A stretch of 64,000 nt of DNA, taken from positions 35,238 through 99,237 of the forward strand of contig JAYRSY010000006.1 in NCBI GenBank assembly GCA_041919915.1, read 5' to 3'. Under the pieces are notes generated by a model. That model searched no databases. It had not been told where the DNA came from and was given only the letters and a program-made list of their open reading frames with translations. Origin of the DNA: Lysobacteraceae bacterium. GTDB taxonomy: Bacteria > Pseudomonadota > Gammaproteobacteria > Xanthomonadales > Xanthomonadaceae. A program made the position numbers and the translations under genes. Shown in pieces: positions 41,045-50,977 of this stretch; position 1 is the stretch's first letter, and each line of letters opens with the position of its first letter.

Positions 41045-41946
41045 ACGCGGCTGCCGTCGGGGCGCCGTTTGAAGCGGCGATGGATCCACAGGTACTGCTC
41101 GGGCGCGGTGCGCGCCATCGTTTCGATCGCGCCGATCACCCGCGCGGTGTCGGCGTCGGGATGTTCGGACGGGAAATCCGCGAACGCCGGCCAGAACCGC
41201 AGGGTGTAGCCGCCATCGTCGCGGCGCACGTGTTCGAACATCACCACCGCCGCGCCCGACAGCCGCGCCAGCTGATGGGTCGAGGTCAGACTCTTCGCCG
41301 GCTGGTCGAAGAACGGCACGTACACGCTCTCGCCGCGGCTCGGATCCTGATCGGGTGCGTACCACAGCAGGCCGCCCCGACGCAGATGCTTGACCACGCC
41401 GCGCACGTCGTCCTTGGCGAACATGCCGGCGGCGTAGCGCGACCGTCCGCGCAGCACCGCCCATTCCATCGCCGGCTGCGGATAGGGCCGGTACATGCCC
41501 GCGAGCGGGACGTGATCGCAGGCCAGCCGCGCGCACATTTCCAGGGTCGTGAAATGGCCGGAGACCACGATGACGCCGCGACCGCCGGCGCGCGCGGCTT
41601 CGATGTGTTCGACGCCTTCGACGAGCAGGCCGCGCCGCTGCGGATCGACCGATCCCCACCAGGCGCGTCCGAACTCGAACAGCGCGGTGCCCAGCGCTGC
41701 GAAATGGCGGCGCAGCAGCGCGCCGCGCGCGGCCGCATCGAGTTCCGGAAAGCACAGTTCGAGATTGCGCGCGGCCACGCGGCGGCGATCGTGCAGGGCC
41801 CAGCGCAGCAGCGTGCCGAACACGCAGCCGAGCGCGCGCTGCAGCGGCCAAGGCAGTCGCGCCAGCAACGCCAGCGCGCCGATCCCCAGCCACACCGGCC
41901 AGTGTCGGGGCGAACGCGGCGGCGGGGCGTCGAAGGCGAACGGCAT
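41035..41946 (-). CDS. lpxL: lipid A biosynthesis (Kdo)2-lipid IVA acyltransferase (LpxL/HtrB family)
   Basis: Start at Met50 of ORF 41035..42093. VIVVSGHFTTLE (HX4D/E-type) motif and a EQYLWIHRRFK C-terminus. Confidence 0.8.
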   Translation of the reverse strand: MPFAFDAPPPRSPRHWPVWLGIGALALLARLPWPLQRALGCVFGTLLRWALHDRRRVAARNLELCFPELDAAARGALLRRHFAALGTALFEFGRAWWGSVDPQRRGLLVEGVEHIEAARAGGRGVIVVSGHFTTLEMCARLACDHVPLAGMYRPYPQPAMEWAVLRGRSRYAAGMFAKDDVRGVVKHLRRGGLLWYAPDQDPSRGESVYVPFFDQPAKSLTSTHQLARLSGAAVVMFEHVRRDDGGYTLRFWPAFADFPSEHPDADTARVIGAIETMARTAPEQYLWIHRRFKRRPDGSRVYD

Positions 41947-42007
41947 GCGCGCATTGTACGGGCGCCGCGCGCGTCCGCCGGTGCCGGCGACCCGGTATCC
42001 TGTGCCG

Positions 42008-43336
42008 ATGCGGGCTGGCACCTTCGAGCGCTTCGTCGAACACACCCTGCGCGGCCTGTACTCGGCCGTGCTGTATCTGCTGTTGCCGGTCACCGTCTAT
42101 CACCTGATCTGGCGCGGCTTCCGCCAGCGCGCCTATCTGCTCCGCTGGCACGAACGCTACGCCCGCTACGGCGCCGCGGCGCCGGCCGATGCCGACGGTC
42201 ATCTCTGGGTGCATGCGGTCTCGGTCGGCGAAGTGAACGCCGCCGTGCCGCTGATCAACGCGCTGCTGCGTCATCGGCCGCAACGCCGGGTGCTGGTCAC
42301 CACGATCACGCCGACCGGTTCGGAGCGGGTCAAGGCGCTCTGGGGCGAACGCGTGGCCCACGTCTATCTGCCCTACGACCTCACCGGCGCCGTCGGTCGC
42401 TTCCTCCGCCACTACCGGCCGCAGGTCGCGCTGATCGTCGAGACCGAACTGTGGCCGAACCTGCTGTTCGCCTGTCGTGATCACGGTGTTCCGGCCTACC
42501 TGGTCAACGCCCGTCTTTCCGAGCGCTCGCTGCGCGGCTACCGCGCGCTGCGGCCATTGATCGGGCGCGCGCTGCGCACGCTGCGGCGGGTCGCGGCGCA
42601 ATCCGAAGGCGACGCCGCGCGCTTCGTCCGGCTCGGCGCGCGCGACGAACAGGTCGCGGTGTTCGGCAATCTCAAGTTCGACACCCGCGTCGACGCCGGC
42701 GTCGACGATTTCGCGCGCGCGCTGCGCAGCCGCAATCCGGGCCGACCGGTCTGGATCGCCGCGAGCACGCACCCCGACGAGGAAGCGTTGATGCTGGCGA
42801 TCGACCGCCGACTGCGCGCGCAGCGTCCGGATCTGCTGATGCTCTGGGCACCGCGGCATCCGGAGCGGTTCCGCCCCGTCACCCAGCTCGCGATCGAGAC
42901 CGGACTGCAGGTGGCGACGCGCACGCTCACCCTGCTGCCGGAAATCGACGATGCGGTGTTCGTGATCGACACACTCGGCGAGCTGATGCTGTTCTATGCC
43001 TGCGCCGACGTCGCCTTCGTCGGCGGCAGCCTGCAGCCGGTCGGCGGCCACAATCTGCTGGAACCGGCCGCGGTGGGCGCGGCGATCGTGACCGGCCCGC
43101 ATCTGCACAATTTCAGCGATATCGCCGAACAGTTGCGTCAGGCCGACGCGGTGCGGATCGGCGCGGATGTCGACGCGGTGGGCGCCGAACTGGAAGCGCT
43201 GCTCGACGCGCCGGACGAACGTGCGCGCATGGCCGCCGCAGGCCGGCGTCTGGTCGAACAGGGGCGCGGCGCGCTGCAGCGGACGATGGCGCTGATCGCC
43301 GCGGATATCGCACCGCGGCGCACGCGCGGCACCTGA
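42008..43336 (+). CDS. waaA: 3-deoxy-D-manno-octulosonic acid transferase
   Basis: Inside ORF 41549..43336. LWVHAVSVGEVNAAVPLI and GGSLQPVGGHNLLEPAA motifs. Confidence 0.9.
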   Translation: MRAGTFERFVEHTLRGLYSAVLYLLLPVTVYHLIWRGFRQRAYLLRWHERYARYGAAAPADADGHLWVHAVSVGEVNAAVPLINALLRHRPQRRVLVTTITPTGSERVKALWGERVAHVYLPYDLTGAVGRFLRHYRPQVALIVETELWPNLLFACRDHGVPAYLVNARLSERSLRGYRALRPLIGRALRTLRRVAAQSEGDAARFVRLGARDEQVAVFGNLKFDTRVDAGVDDFARALRSRNPGRPVWIAASTHPDEEALMLAIDRRLRAQRPDLLMLWAPRHPERFRPVTQLAIETGLQVATRTLTLLPEIDDAVFVIDTLGELMLFYACADVAFVGGSLQPVGGHNLLEPAAVGAAIVTGPHLHNFSDIAEQLRQADAVRIGADVDAVGAELEALLDAPDERARMAAAGRRLVEQGRGALQRTMALIAADIAPRRTRGT

Positions 43337-43382
43337 GCACCGGAACGCAGAGCCCCTGAACGAGGAAGAGCGCCGAAACGAC

Positions 43383-43408
43383 GAACCCCCGGACACGGCC
43401 GGGGGTTC
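43383..43408. terminator. bidirectional stem-loop
   Basis: GAACCCCCGG-acacgg-CCGGGGGTTC lies between the convergent waaA and tolC. Confidence 0.65.
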
Positions 43409-43454
43409 TGGTACCACGATGCGGTGACGGATGCCGCCGCGCGAAGGCCCCGGG

Positions 43455-44825
43455 TCAGGGGGCGTTCCTGGACGCCGCGTCCACCGTCAACAGGCGATTC
43501 ACGTCCTGCAGATCATCGATGTCGAGCGTGCCCGCGGCCTGCTCCAGCAACAGCCGGTTCTGCAGGAAGTTGTAGCGGGTGCGCGCGTATTCCTGCTCGG
43601 CGTTGAACAGCGTCTGCTGGTTGTTCAGCACGTCCAGCACGGTGCGCGTGCCGACTTCCAGGCCGATCTGCGAGGCCTCGTACGCGCTGCGCGCGGAGAA
43701 CACCGCGGCCTTGCGCGCTTCGACCTCGCTCACGCCGGCGACCAGCGTGCGATAGGCGTTGCGGGTGTTGCGCACGAGCGCGCGCTTCTGCTGCTCGTAC
43801 TCGTCGCTGGCGGCATCGCGCTGGGCGATCGCCTGACGCACGCCGGACTGGGTGCCGCCGCCGGCGAAGATCGGCACCGACAGGGTCAGGCCGAGGCTGC
43901 GCGAAGCGCTTTCGCGCTCGAAGTCGGCGGTGGTGCTGAGGATGTTGTTGGTGCTGTCGCCGTCGGTGCGGGTACGGCCGTAATTGGCGCCGAAGTACAG
44001 CGTCGGGTAGTGCCCGCCGCGCGCGCTTTCGATGCCGGCCTCGGCCGACCTGACCCGGTATTCCTGGGCCTTCAACCCCGGATTGTTGTCGAGCGCGGCC
44101 TGCACCCAGCCTTCGGAATCCATCGACGAGGGCAGCTCGGGCTGGAAGTCCTGCGGCAGCGCCCTGAGCGCACGCAGGTCGCGGCCGGTGATCTCCTCCA
44201 GGGCGCGGTAGGCATCTTCGAGCGCATTCGCGGTGACGATGGTGTTGGCGCGCGCGCGATCGTACTGGGCGCGGGCTTCGTGCACGTCGGTGATCGGCGC
44301 CAGACCGACTTCGAGGCGTTTGTCGGCGAAGTCGAACTGCTTCTTCAGCGCCGCTTCCTGGGCTTCCGCGGCGGCCAGGGTTTCCATCGCGATCAGCACG
44401 TCGAAGTAGGCTTTCGAGGTGCGGGTGATGAGCGAGTCGCCGGCCGATTCGAGCTGGAAGTCGCCGGCGGAGGCCAGTGCGCCCTGGCTGCGCGCGCGGT
44501 TGATCGCGGAATGGTCGTAGACCATCTGGTTCAGACGCAGGCCGAGGTCGCGGACCGTCGAATCGGACGAGGTGTCGGTGCCGGAGGTCGAGGACTCGTC
44601 ATCGCTGTTGGAGCGGGTGTAAGAGCCGGTGCCGTTGACCTGGGGCAGCAGCGCGGCGCGCGCCTGGACCGCGCCTTCGCGCGAGATCAGTCGGTTCGCT
44701 TCCGCGGCGGAGAGCTGCGGGTCGCTGCTGCGCGCCAGTTCGTAGGACTGCAGCAGATCTTCGGCCTGCGCGCCGAGCGGCAGCGCCAACAGGGCGAGGG
44801 CGAGAGCGAGGGGGCGGCGAGTCAT
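43455..44825 (-). CDS. tolC: TolC family outer-membrane channel
   Basis: Start at Met72 of ORF 43455..45038 (AAGGA 5 nt upstream). Signal peptide MTRRPLALALALLALPLGAQA, then DLLQSYELARSSDPQL. Confidence 0.9.
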   Translation of the reverse strand: MTRRPLALALALLALPLGAQAEDLLQSYELARSSDPQLSAAEANRLISREGAVQARAALLPQVNGTGSYTRSNSDDESSTSGTDTSSDSTVRDLGLRLNQMVYDHSAINRARSQGALASAGDFQLESAGDSLITRTSKAYFDVLIAMETLAAAEAQEAALKKQFDFADKRLEVGLAPITDVHEARAQYDRARANTIVTANALEDAYRALEEITGRDLRALRALPQDFQPELPSSMDSEGWVQAALDNNPGLKAQEYRVRSAEAGIESARGGHYPTLYFGANYGRTRTDGDSTNNILSTTADFERESASRSLGLTLSVPIFAGGGTQSGVRQAIAQRDAASDEYEQQKRALVRNTRNAYRTLVAGVSEVEARKAAVFSARSAYEASQIGLEVGTRTVLDVLNNQQTLFNAEQEYARTRYNFLQNRLLLEQAAGTLDIDDLQDVNRLLTVDAASRNAP

Positions 44826-44866
44826 GGGCATCCTTTGTGTGATCGATCCGCGCGGCGAACCGGCGG

Positions 44867-45526
44867 TTACAGCTGGAATTGGGGGAGGGGAGCGCCGCCG
44901 GCGAGATACGGCAGCTCGGTCTCGAACAGCGACTCGACCGCATAACCCGCGGTGTTGTCGGCGTGACGGACCAGGGCGGCTTCCATCGCGGGGGCACGGC
45001 CGTGGACGATGAACATCCGGCCACCGGGACGGAGCCACTGCAGGAAACGTGACGGAACCACGGCGACCGCGCCGCCGACGCAGATCGCGTCGAACCGGCG
45101 TTCGCTGTCCCAGGCGAAGGCGTCGGCGTTGTCGACGCGGACGTTGCCGATGCCCTGCGCCTGCAGCCGCTGGCGTGCGGTTTCGGCGAGGTCTGCGTGC
45201 AGTTCCAGCGACACCACGTCGCGCGCGAGGCTGCCGAGGCAGGCCGAGAGGTAGCCGCTGCCGGCGCCGATCTCGAGTACGTCTTCGCCGGCGGTGACCG
45301 ACAGCGCCTGCAGGGTGCGGCCTTCCAGCACCGGTTTCATCATCGTCTCGCCATGCCCGATCGGCAGCGCCAGATCGGCGTAGGCGAGCGCGCGATGCGC
45401 TTCGACGACGAAACGCTCGCGCGGCAGACGCGCCAGGGTTTCGAGGACGCGGGGCTGGAAGACGTCCCAGGGGCGAACCTGTTGTTCGACCATGGTTTCG
45501 CGGGCTTTGGCGTAATCGATCGTCAT
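44867..45526 (-). CDS. protein-L-isoaspartate O-methyltransferase-like SAM methyltransferase
   Basis: Start at Met34 of ORF 44867..45625. VLEIGAGSGYLSA SAM motif and about 219 aa. Confidence 0.75.
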   Translation of the reverse strand: MTIDYAKARETMVEQQVRPWDVFQPRVLETLARLPRERFVVEAHRALAYADLALPIGHGETMMKPVLEGRTLQALSVTAGEDVLEIGAGSGYLSACLGSLARDVVSLELHADLAETARQRLQAQGIGNVRVDNADAFAWDSERRFDAICVGGAVAVVPSRFLQWLRPGGRMFIVHGRAPAMEAALVRHADNTAGYAVESLFETELPYLAGGAPLPQFQL

Positions 45527-45727
45527 CTCGGTGTCTCTCGCGGCGGGCGCGTCATGAATGCTGGGGTCGGAGGGCGTCAAGTGTACCGGCACGCACGCCG
45601 CGTCGCAGGCGCAGGATCGCCGCAAGCCCGGTTTCCGGCTGAGTGCCGGAAGTCACCACGACCGAAGGCACCGCGGCCGGCATCGTGGTGTCCCGCGGTG
45701 CGGGACAGCGAGGGGCGGTGATGCCGA

Positions 45728-46417
45728 TCACGGTCGTGCCGACGCCGGTGCGTCGCCTCTGGAGCCGTAGGCGCGCAGGAACAGATCGACCGTGCCCTCG
45801 ACATGTCGTTCGACCTCGTCCGGCGACGGCGTGCAGCACAGGCCGCACATCATCTGCGCGTGGATATCGCCCTTGAGCAGACAGAAGAACTGCGATGTCG
45901 CGCGATCGATCTCGGGCACGTCCAGTTCGCCGCGCGCGACGCGGGCGCGCAGGAATTCGGCGAAGAAATCCTTGGTCTGCCGTGGCCCGGCCTGCCAGAA
46001 CAGTTCGCGCACATGCGAATCGCCGGTGCCCGGCATGGTCATCATCCGGTGCATGGCGATCGCTTCATCGCTGGTCACCAGGGCGAAGAACGCACGGGCG
46101 ATGATCGTCAACTGCTCGTAGAGGTTGCCTTCCAGCTCCGCCAGGAAAAGCGCCGCGGGCATCTGCTCCTCGCACTTGGCGCGGACCGCCGCGCTGAACA
46201 GCGAGTCCTTGTCCCCGAAGTGGCTGTAGACCGTCAGTTTGGAGACGCCCGCCTCGGTGGCGATCTGGTCCATGCTGACCCCGTCGAAGCCGTGTTGCAC
46301 GAACAGACGCTTGGCCACGTTCAGGATCGCGGCGCGCTTGCCGAGGTCCTTCGGACGACCGGGGCCGGCCGGCTTCGGGCTGTCCTGAGCGTCGGTTCGA
46401 GGGTGCGGAGTCATCAT
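45728..46417 (-). CDS. TetR/AcrR family transcriptional regulator
   Basis: HTH region ILNVAKRLFVQHGFDGVSMDQIATEAGVSKLTVYSHF. Divergent from the efflux operon. Confidence 0.9.
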   Translation of the reverse strand: MMTPHPRTDAQDSPKPAGPGRPKDLGKRAAILNVAKRLFVQHGFDGVSMDQIATEAGVSKLTVYSHFGDKDSLFSAAVRAKCEEQMPAALFLAELEGNLYEQLTIIARAFFALVTSDEAIAMHRMMTMPGTGDSHVRELFWQAGPRQTKDFFAEFLRARVARGELDVPEIDRATSQFFCLLKGDIHAQMMCGLCCTPSPDEVERHVEGTVDLFLRAYGSRGDAPASARP

Positions 46418-46439
46418 CGGTACAATACTAGACTAACTG

Positions 46440-46459
46440 GTATGCTATTTATACGATAC
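46440..46459. promoter_or_regulatory. candidate TetR operator (imperfect palindrome) in AT-rich divergent promoter region
   Basis: GTATGCTAT-tt-ATACGATAC with 7 of 9 positions symmetric, inside the only markedly AT-rich stretch seen (46418-46480). Confidence 0.4.
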
Positions 46460-46506
46460 TGACAAGTTCATTAATCCCGGGTTCCCCCGGAACGCACGAG
46501 GCGGTC

Positions 46507-47679
46507 ATGGCGAAGCGCTGGAAGACGGGCTGGACATCAGGCGCGGAATGGCGCTCGAAGCCGAGTCTGATTGCGGGTTTGAGAGCGACGGCCATCGCGC
46601 TGGCGGGAGCGACACTCGTCGCCTGCGGTCGCGGCGATCCGCCCCCGCAACCGCCGCGACCGGTGCTGGTGATGCGCGCCGGCGCCGCGGACAGCGCCGG
46701 TGCGGAAGGACTGGTCGCGTTCGCCGGCGAGATCCGTGCCCGCGAGGAAACCGCGCTGTCGTTCCGGGTCGGCGGCAAGCTCGTCCGGCGTCTGGTCGAT
46801 GTCGGCGACCGCGTCCGTGCCGGCGATCTGCTGGCCGAGATCGATCCCGGCGATCTGCGCCTGCAGGTCGAATCGCTGCAGGCGCAATGGTCCGCGGCCG
46901 AGGCCCAGCTCGCCCGCGCCCGCGCCGATCATGCCCGCGTCGCCAGTCTCGCCAAGGACCAGTTGGTCAGCCGCTCGGCGCTCGATCAACAGACCGCCGC
47001 GCTGCGCGCGGCCGAAGGCCAAGCCCGTGCCGCGCGCGCGCAGCTGGATCTGTCGCGCAACCAGGCCGGATACAGCCAACTCCGTGCGCCGCGTGACGGC
47101 GCCATCGCCACGCGTCAGGCGGAGGCGGGGCAGGTGCTCGCGGCAGGGCAGCCGGTATTCGGGCTGGCGGCCGACGGCGGCCGTGAAGTCGCGTTCGCGC
47201 TGCCTGAAGCCGATCTGCGTGCATTCCGCGTCGGTCAGCCGGTGGCGATCGAACTGTGGAATGCCAGCGGCGAACGGTTCCCCGGTCGGATCCGCGAAAT
47301 CGCGCCGTCCGCCGATCCGCAGGCCCGCACCTATGCCGCGCGGGCCACGCTCGACGGCGACGCTTCGCAGCGGGTCGATCTCGGTCAGAGCGCGCGCGTC
47401 TACATTCCTTCCGCCGAGGGTGGCGCGACGATGCGTCTGCCGTTGTCGGCGCTGCAGCGTGGCGAGAAGGGCGCCACCGTGGTCTGGGTGGTGGATCCGA
47501 AAGCGCGCAAGGCGCGCCGTGCGGCGGTCCGGGTCGGCCCCTACGCCGCAGACGGTGCCGCAGTGCTGTCCGGGCTCTCGCCGGGCGATTGGGTGGTGAT
47601 GGCCGGCGGACATCTTCTCCACGACGGCCAGGTGGTGCTGCCGGTGGATCGCAGCAATCGTCCCGTCGAAGCGCAGTGA
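46507..47679 (+). CDS. efflux RND transporter periplasmic adaptor (MFP), lipoprotein
   Basis: LVAC lipobox and coiled-coil segments (RLQVESLQAQWSAAEAQLARAR). Followed by an RND pump gene. Confidence 0.88.
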   Translation: MAKRWKTGWTSGAEWRSKPSLIAGLRATAIALAGATLVACGRGDPPPQPPRPVLVMRAGAADSAGAEGLVAFAGEIRAREETALSFRVGGKLVRRLVDVGDRVRAGDLLAEIDPGDLRLQVESLQAQWSAAEAQLARARADHARVASLAKDQLVSRSALDQQTAALRAAEGQARAARAQLDLSRNQAGYSQLRAPRDGAIATRQAEAGQVLAAGQPVFGLAADGGREVAFALPEADLRAFRVGQPVAIELWNASGERFPGRIREIAPSADPQARTYAARATLDGDASQRVDLGQSARVYIPSAEGGATMRLPLSALQRGEKGATVVWVVDPKARKARRAAVRVGPYAADGAAVLSGLSPGDWVVMAGGHLLHDGQVVLPVDRSNRPVEAQ

Positions 47680-47695
47680 CCGGAGTGCCCTGACC

Positions 47696-50600
47696 ATGCG
47701 CCGATTCAACATCTCCGAATGGGCGCTCGCCAATCGCCCGCTGGTGGTCTACGCCATGCTGGTGCTGGCGATCATCGGCGTCTGGTCCTACAGCCGGCTG
47801 GGCCAGTCCGAGGATCCGCCTTTCACCTTCAAGGCGATGGTCGTGCGCACCGTGTGGCCCGGCGCGACCGCGGAAGAGGTCTCGCGCGAGATCACCGATC
47901 GCATCGAGAAGACCCTGATGGAGACCGGGAAGTACGAGGAAATCGTCTCGTATTCCAAGGCCGGCGAGTCGCAGGTGTTCTTCACCGCGCGCGATTCGAT
48001 GCACAGCCGCGAGCTGCCCGAGCTGTGGTACCAGGTGCGGAAGAAGATCGGCGATATCCGGCCGACCCTGCCGCAGGGCGCGGTCGGTCCGTTCTTCAAC
48101 GATGAATTCGGCGATACCTACGGCAACATCTACGCGCTCACCGGCAAGGGATTCGATTACGCCCTGCTGAAGGATTACGCGGAACGGCTGGAGCTCGAAC
48201 TGCAGCGGGTGCCGGATGTGGCCAAGGTCGAACTGATCGGGCTGCAGGACGAAAAGATCTGGATCGAGCTGTCGAACACCAAGCTGGCCACGCTCGGCAT
48301 TCCTTTGCCGGTGGTGCAGCAGGCGCTGGCCGAACAGAACGCGGTCACGCCCGCCGGTTTCTTCGAGACGCCGACCGATCGCGTGCAGCTCCGCGTCTCC
48401 GGTGCGTTCCGGTCGGTCGAGGAGATCCGCCGGTTCCCGATCCGCGCCGGCGACCGCACCGTGCGTCTGGGCGATATCGCCGAGATCGTCCGCGGCTACG
48501 CCGATCCGGCCGCGCCGCGCATGCGCTACATGAGTCAGGACGCGGTCGGCATCGGTGTGTCGATGAAGGCCGGCGGCGACATCCTGCGGCTGGGCAAGGC
48601 CCTGGACGCGGCGACCGAACGTCTGCGGCCGACGCTTCCGGTCGGCATGGAACTGCATCGCGTCGCCGATCAGCCGGCGGCGGTGCGCGCATCGGTCGGC
48701 GAATTCGTCCGCGTGCTCGCCGAGGCGGTGATCATCGTGCTGCTGGTGAGTTTCTTCTCGCTCGGTCTGCGCACCGGTCTGGTGGTGGCGGTCAGCATTC
48801 CGCTGGTGCTGGCGATGACCTTCGCGCTGATGCAGTACTTCGGCATCGGCCTGCACAAGATCTCGCTCGGCGCGCTGGTGCTCGCGCTCGGTCTGCTGGT
48901 CGACGACGCGATCATCGCGGTCGAGATGATGGCGATCAAGATGGAGCAGGGCTTCTCGCGCCTGCGCGCGGCGGCGTTCGCCTATGAGACGACCGCGTTC
49001 CCGATGCTCACCGGCACCCTGGTGACCGCGGCCGGTTTCCTGCCGATCGCGACCGCCGCGTCCAGCACCGGCGAATACACCCGTTCGCTGTTCCAGGTGG
49101 TGACCCTGGCGCTGCTGGTCTCGTGGGTCGCGGCGGTGCTGTTCATTCCGTATCTCGGCGACAAGATGCTGCCCGAGCCGCACACGCTGCCGAAACCGCG
49201 TTCGTTCGAAGGCCGCATCCGCGCCTTCCGCGAGCGGCTGGCCGATCGTTGGCCGCAGTACGCCGGCGTGCTCGGCCCGGCGCCGGTCGCGGCGGCGGGC
49301 GCGCATGCGCACGATCCGTATCACAGCGCGTTCTACCAGCGCTTCCGCGCCCTGGTGCGCTGGTGCATCCGCCGGCGCTGGCTGGTGATCGGCGCGACCA
49401 TCGCCGCCTTCGTCGCCTCGATCCTGTTGTTCCGGTTCGTGCCGCAGCAGTTCTTCCCGGACTCGACCCGGTTGGAACTGATGGTCGATGTCGAGCTGGC
49501 CGAAGGCAGTTCGCTGAAGGCCACCGAGGCCGCCGCGAAGCGTCTGGAGGCGTTGCTGGCGAAGCGCGCCGAGGTCGAGAACTACGTCGCCTACGTCGGC
49601 ACCGGTTCGCCGCGTTTCTATCTGCCGTTGGATCAGCAGTTGCCGGCGACCAATTTCAGCCAGTTCGTGGTCCGCGCGAAGGACATCGCGTCGCGCGAGC
49701 GTCTGCGCAACTGGCTGATGGGCGAGGTGCGCCCGCATTTCCCGGAACTGCAGCTCCGCGTGACCCGTCTGGAGAACGGTCCGCCGGTTGGTTATCCGGT
49801 GCAGTTCCGCGTTTCCGGCGAGCACGTCGAGCGCGTGCGCGAGATCGCCTACCGGGTGATGGAGAAGGTGCGCGCGAATCCGGATGCGATCAACGTCAAT
49901 CTCAACTGGGACGAACCGAGCAAGGTCGTGCGTCTGGTGATCGATCAGGACCGTGCCCGCGCGCTCGGCGTGAGTACGGAGAAGGTCGCGTCGTTCCTGG
50001 CCAGCGCGTTGTCGGGGCTGCGGGTCAGCACCTACCGCGAGGACAACGAACTGATCGAGATCCTGTTGCGCGGCCCCGAGGACGAGCGTGCGCGACTGGA
50101 GCTGCTCGGCAGTCTCGCGGTGCCCACCGACAGTGGCAAGAGCGTGCCGGTGATGCAGATCGCGCATCTGGATTCGACGTTCGAGGACGGCGTGATCTGG
50201 CATCGCAACCGCCTGCCTTCGGTCACCGTGCGTGCCGATATCGTCAACGGCCCGACCCCGGCGACGGTGATGGCCCAGATCGATCCGACCCTCGACGACA
50301 TCCGCGCCGCGCTGCCGCCGGGGTATCTGATCAGCATCGGCGGTTCGGTCGAGAAATCCGAGCGCGGCCAGAATTCGATCCGCGCCGGCATGCCGCTGTT
50401 CCTGTTCGTGGTGATCACACTGTTGATGCTGCAGTTGCGCAGTCTGTCGCGCGTGTTCCTGGTGCTGACGACCGCGCCGCTCGGTCTGATCGGCGTGGCC
50501 CTGTTCCTGCTGGTGTTCCGGGTGCCGTTCGGGTTCGTGGCGCTGCTGGGCACCATCGCCCTGGCCGGCATGATCATGCGCAACTCGGTGATTCTGGTCG

Positions 50601-50875
50601 ACCAGATCGAACAGGACATCGCCAGCGGTCACGACCGCTGGACCGCGATCGTCGAATCGACCGTGCGCCGCTTCCGTCCGATCGTGCTGACCGCGCTGGC
50701 CGCGATTCTCGCGATGGTGCCGCTGTCGCGCAGCGTGTTCTTCGGACCGATGGCGGTGGCGATCATGGGTGGCCTGATCGTCGCGACCGCACTGACCCTG
50801 TTGTTCCTGCCGGCGCTGTACGCCGCGTGGTTCCGCGTGCGCGCCGAAGAAGCGCGTGCGGTCGCCGCGCACTGA
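47696..50875 (+). CDS. efflux RND transporter permease (AcrB/HAE family)
   Basis: 1059 aa with the 12-TM layout of the AcrB family. MRRFNISEWALANRPLVVYAMLVLAIIG N-terminus. Confidence 0.93.
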   Translation: MRRFNISEWALANRPLVVYAMLVLAIIGVWSYSRLGQSEDPPFTFKAMVVRTVWPGATAEEVSREITDRIEKTLMETGKYEEIVSYSKAGESQVFFTARDSMHSRELPELWYQVRKKIGDIRPTLPQGAVGPFFNDEFGDTYGNIYALTGKGFDYALLKDYAERLELELQRVPDVAKVELIGLQDEKIWIELSNTKLATLGIPLPVVQQALAEQNAVTPAGFFETPTDRVQLRVSGAFRSVEEIRRFPIRAGDRTVRLGDIAEIVRGYADPAAPRMRYMSQDAVGIGVSMKAGGDILRLGKALDAATERLRPTLPVGMELHRVADQPAAVRASVGEFVRVLAEAVIIVLLVSFFSLGLRTGLVVAVSIPLVLAMTFALMQYFGIGLHKISLGALVLALGLLVDDAIIAVEMMAIKMEQGFSRLRAAAFAYETTAFPMLTGTLVTAAGFLPIATAASSTGEYTRSLFQVVTLALLVSWVAAVLFIPYLGDKMLPEPHTLPKPRSFEGRIRAFRERLADRWPQYAGVLGPAPVAAAGAHAHDPYHSAFYQRFRALVRWCIRRRWLVIGATIAAFVASILLFRFVPQQFFPDSTRLELMVDVELAEGSSLKATEAAAKRLEALLAKRAEVENYVAYVGTGSPRFYLPLDQQLPATNFSQFVVRAKDIASRERLRNWLMGEVRPHFPELQLRVTRLENGPPVGYPVQFRVSGEHVERVREIAYRVMEKVRANPDAINVNLNWDEPSKVVRLVIDQDRARALGVSTEKVASFLASALSGLRVSTYREDNELIEILLRGPEDERARLELLGSLAVPTDSGKSVPVMQIAHLDSTFEDGVIWHRNRLPSVTVRADIVNGPTPATVMAQIDPTLDDIRAALPPGYLISIGGSVEKSERGQNSIRAGMPLFLFVVITLLMLQLRSLSRVFLVLTTAPLGLIGVALFLLVFRVPFGFVALLGTIALAGMIMRNSVILVDQIEQDIASGHDRWTAIVESTVRRFRPIVLTALAAILAMVPLSRSVFFGPMAVAIMGGLIVATALTLLFLPALYAAWFRVRAEEARAVAAH

Positions 50876-50977
50876 CCGCGCCGCACGCCTGATTCGCATC
50901 CGGGCCGCCTTGCGGCTTCCTCCCCCTCCCACCGCGGGCGGCCCGGGTTGCGATCCACCTGCCGCCGCCCTGCAGGG

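Noticed and set aside
39644-43417. 1257-aa minus-strand ORF and 1004-aa plus-strand ORF (39466..42480) across the LPS genes.
   Set aside because: Both are composite readings antisense to, or out of frame with, the GT4, ligase, lpxL and waaA genes. They are arginine-rich with no domains.
46967-50932. 1321-aa minus-strand ORF antisense to the MFP and RND pump genes.
   Set aside because: It has an extreme Arg/His/Gly/Asp low-complexity composition and no recognisable motifs. The plus strand encodes canonical efflux proteins.
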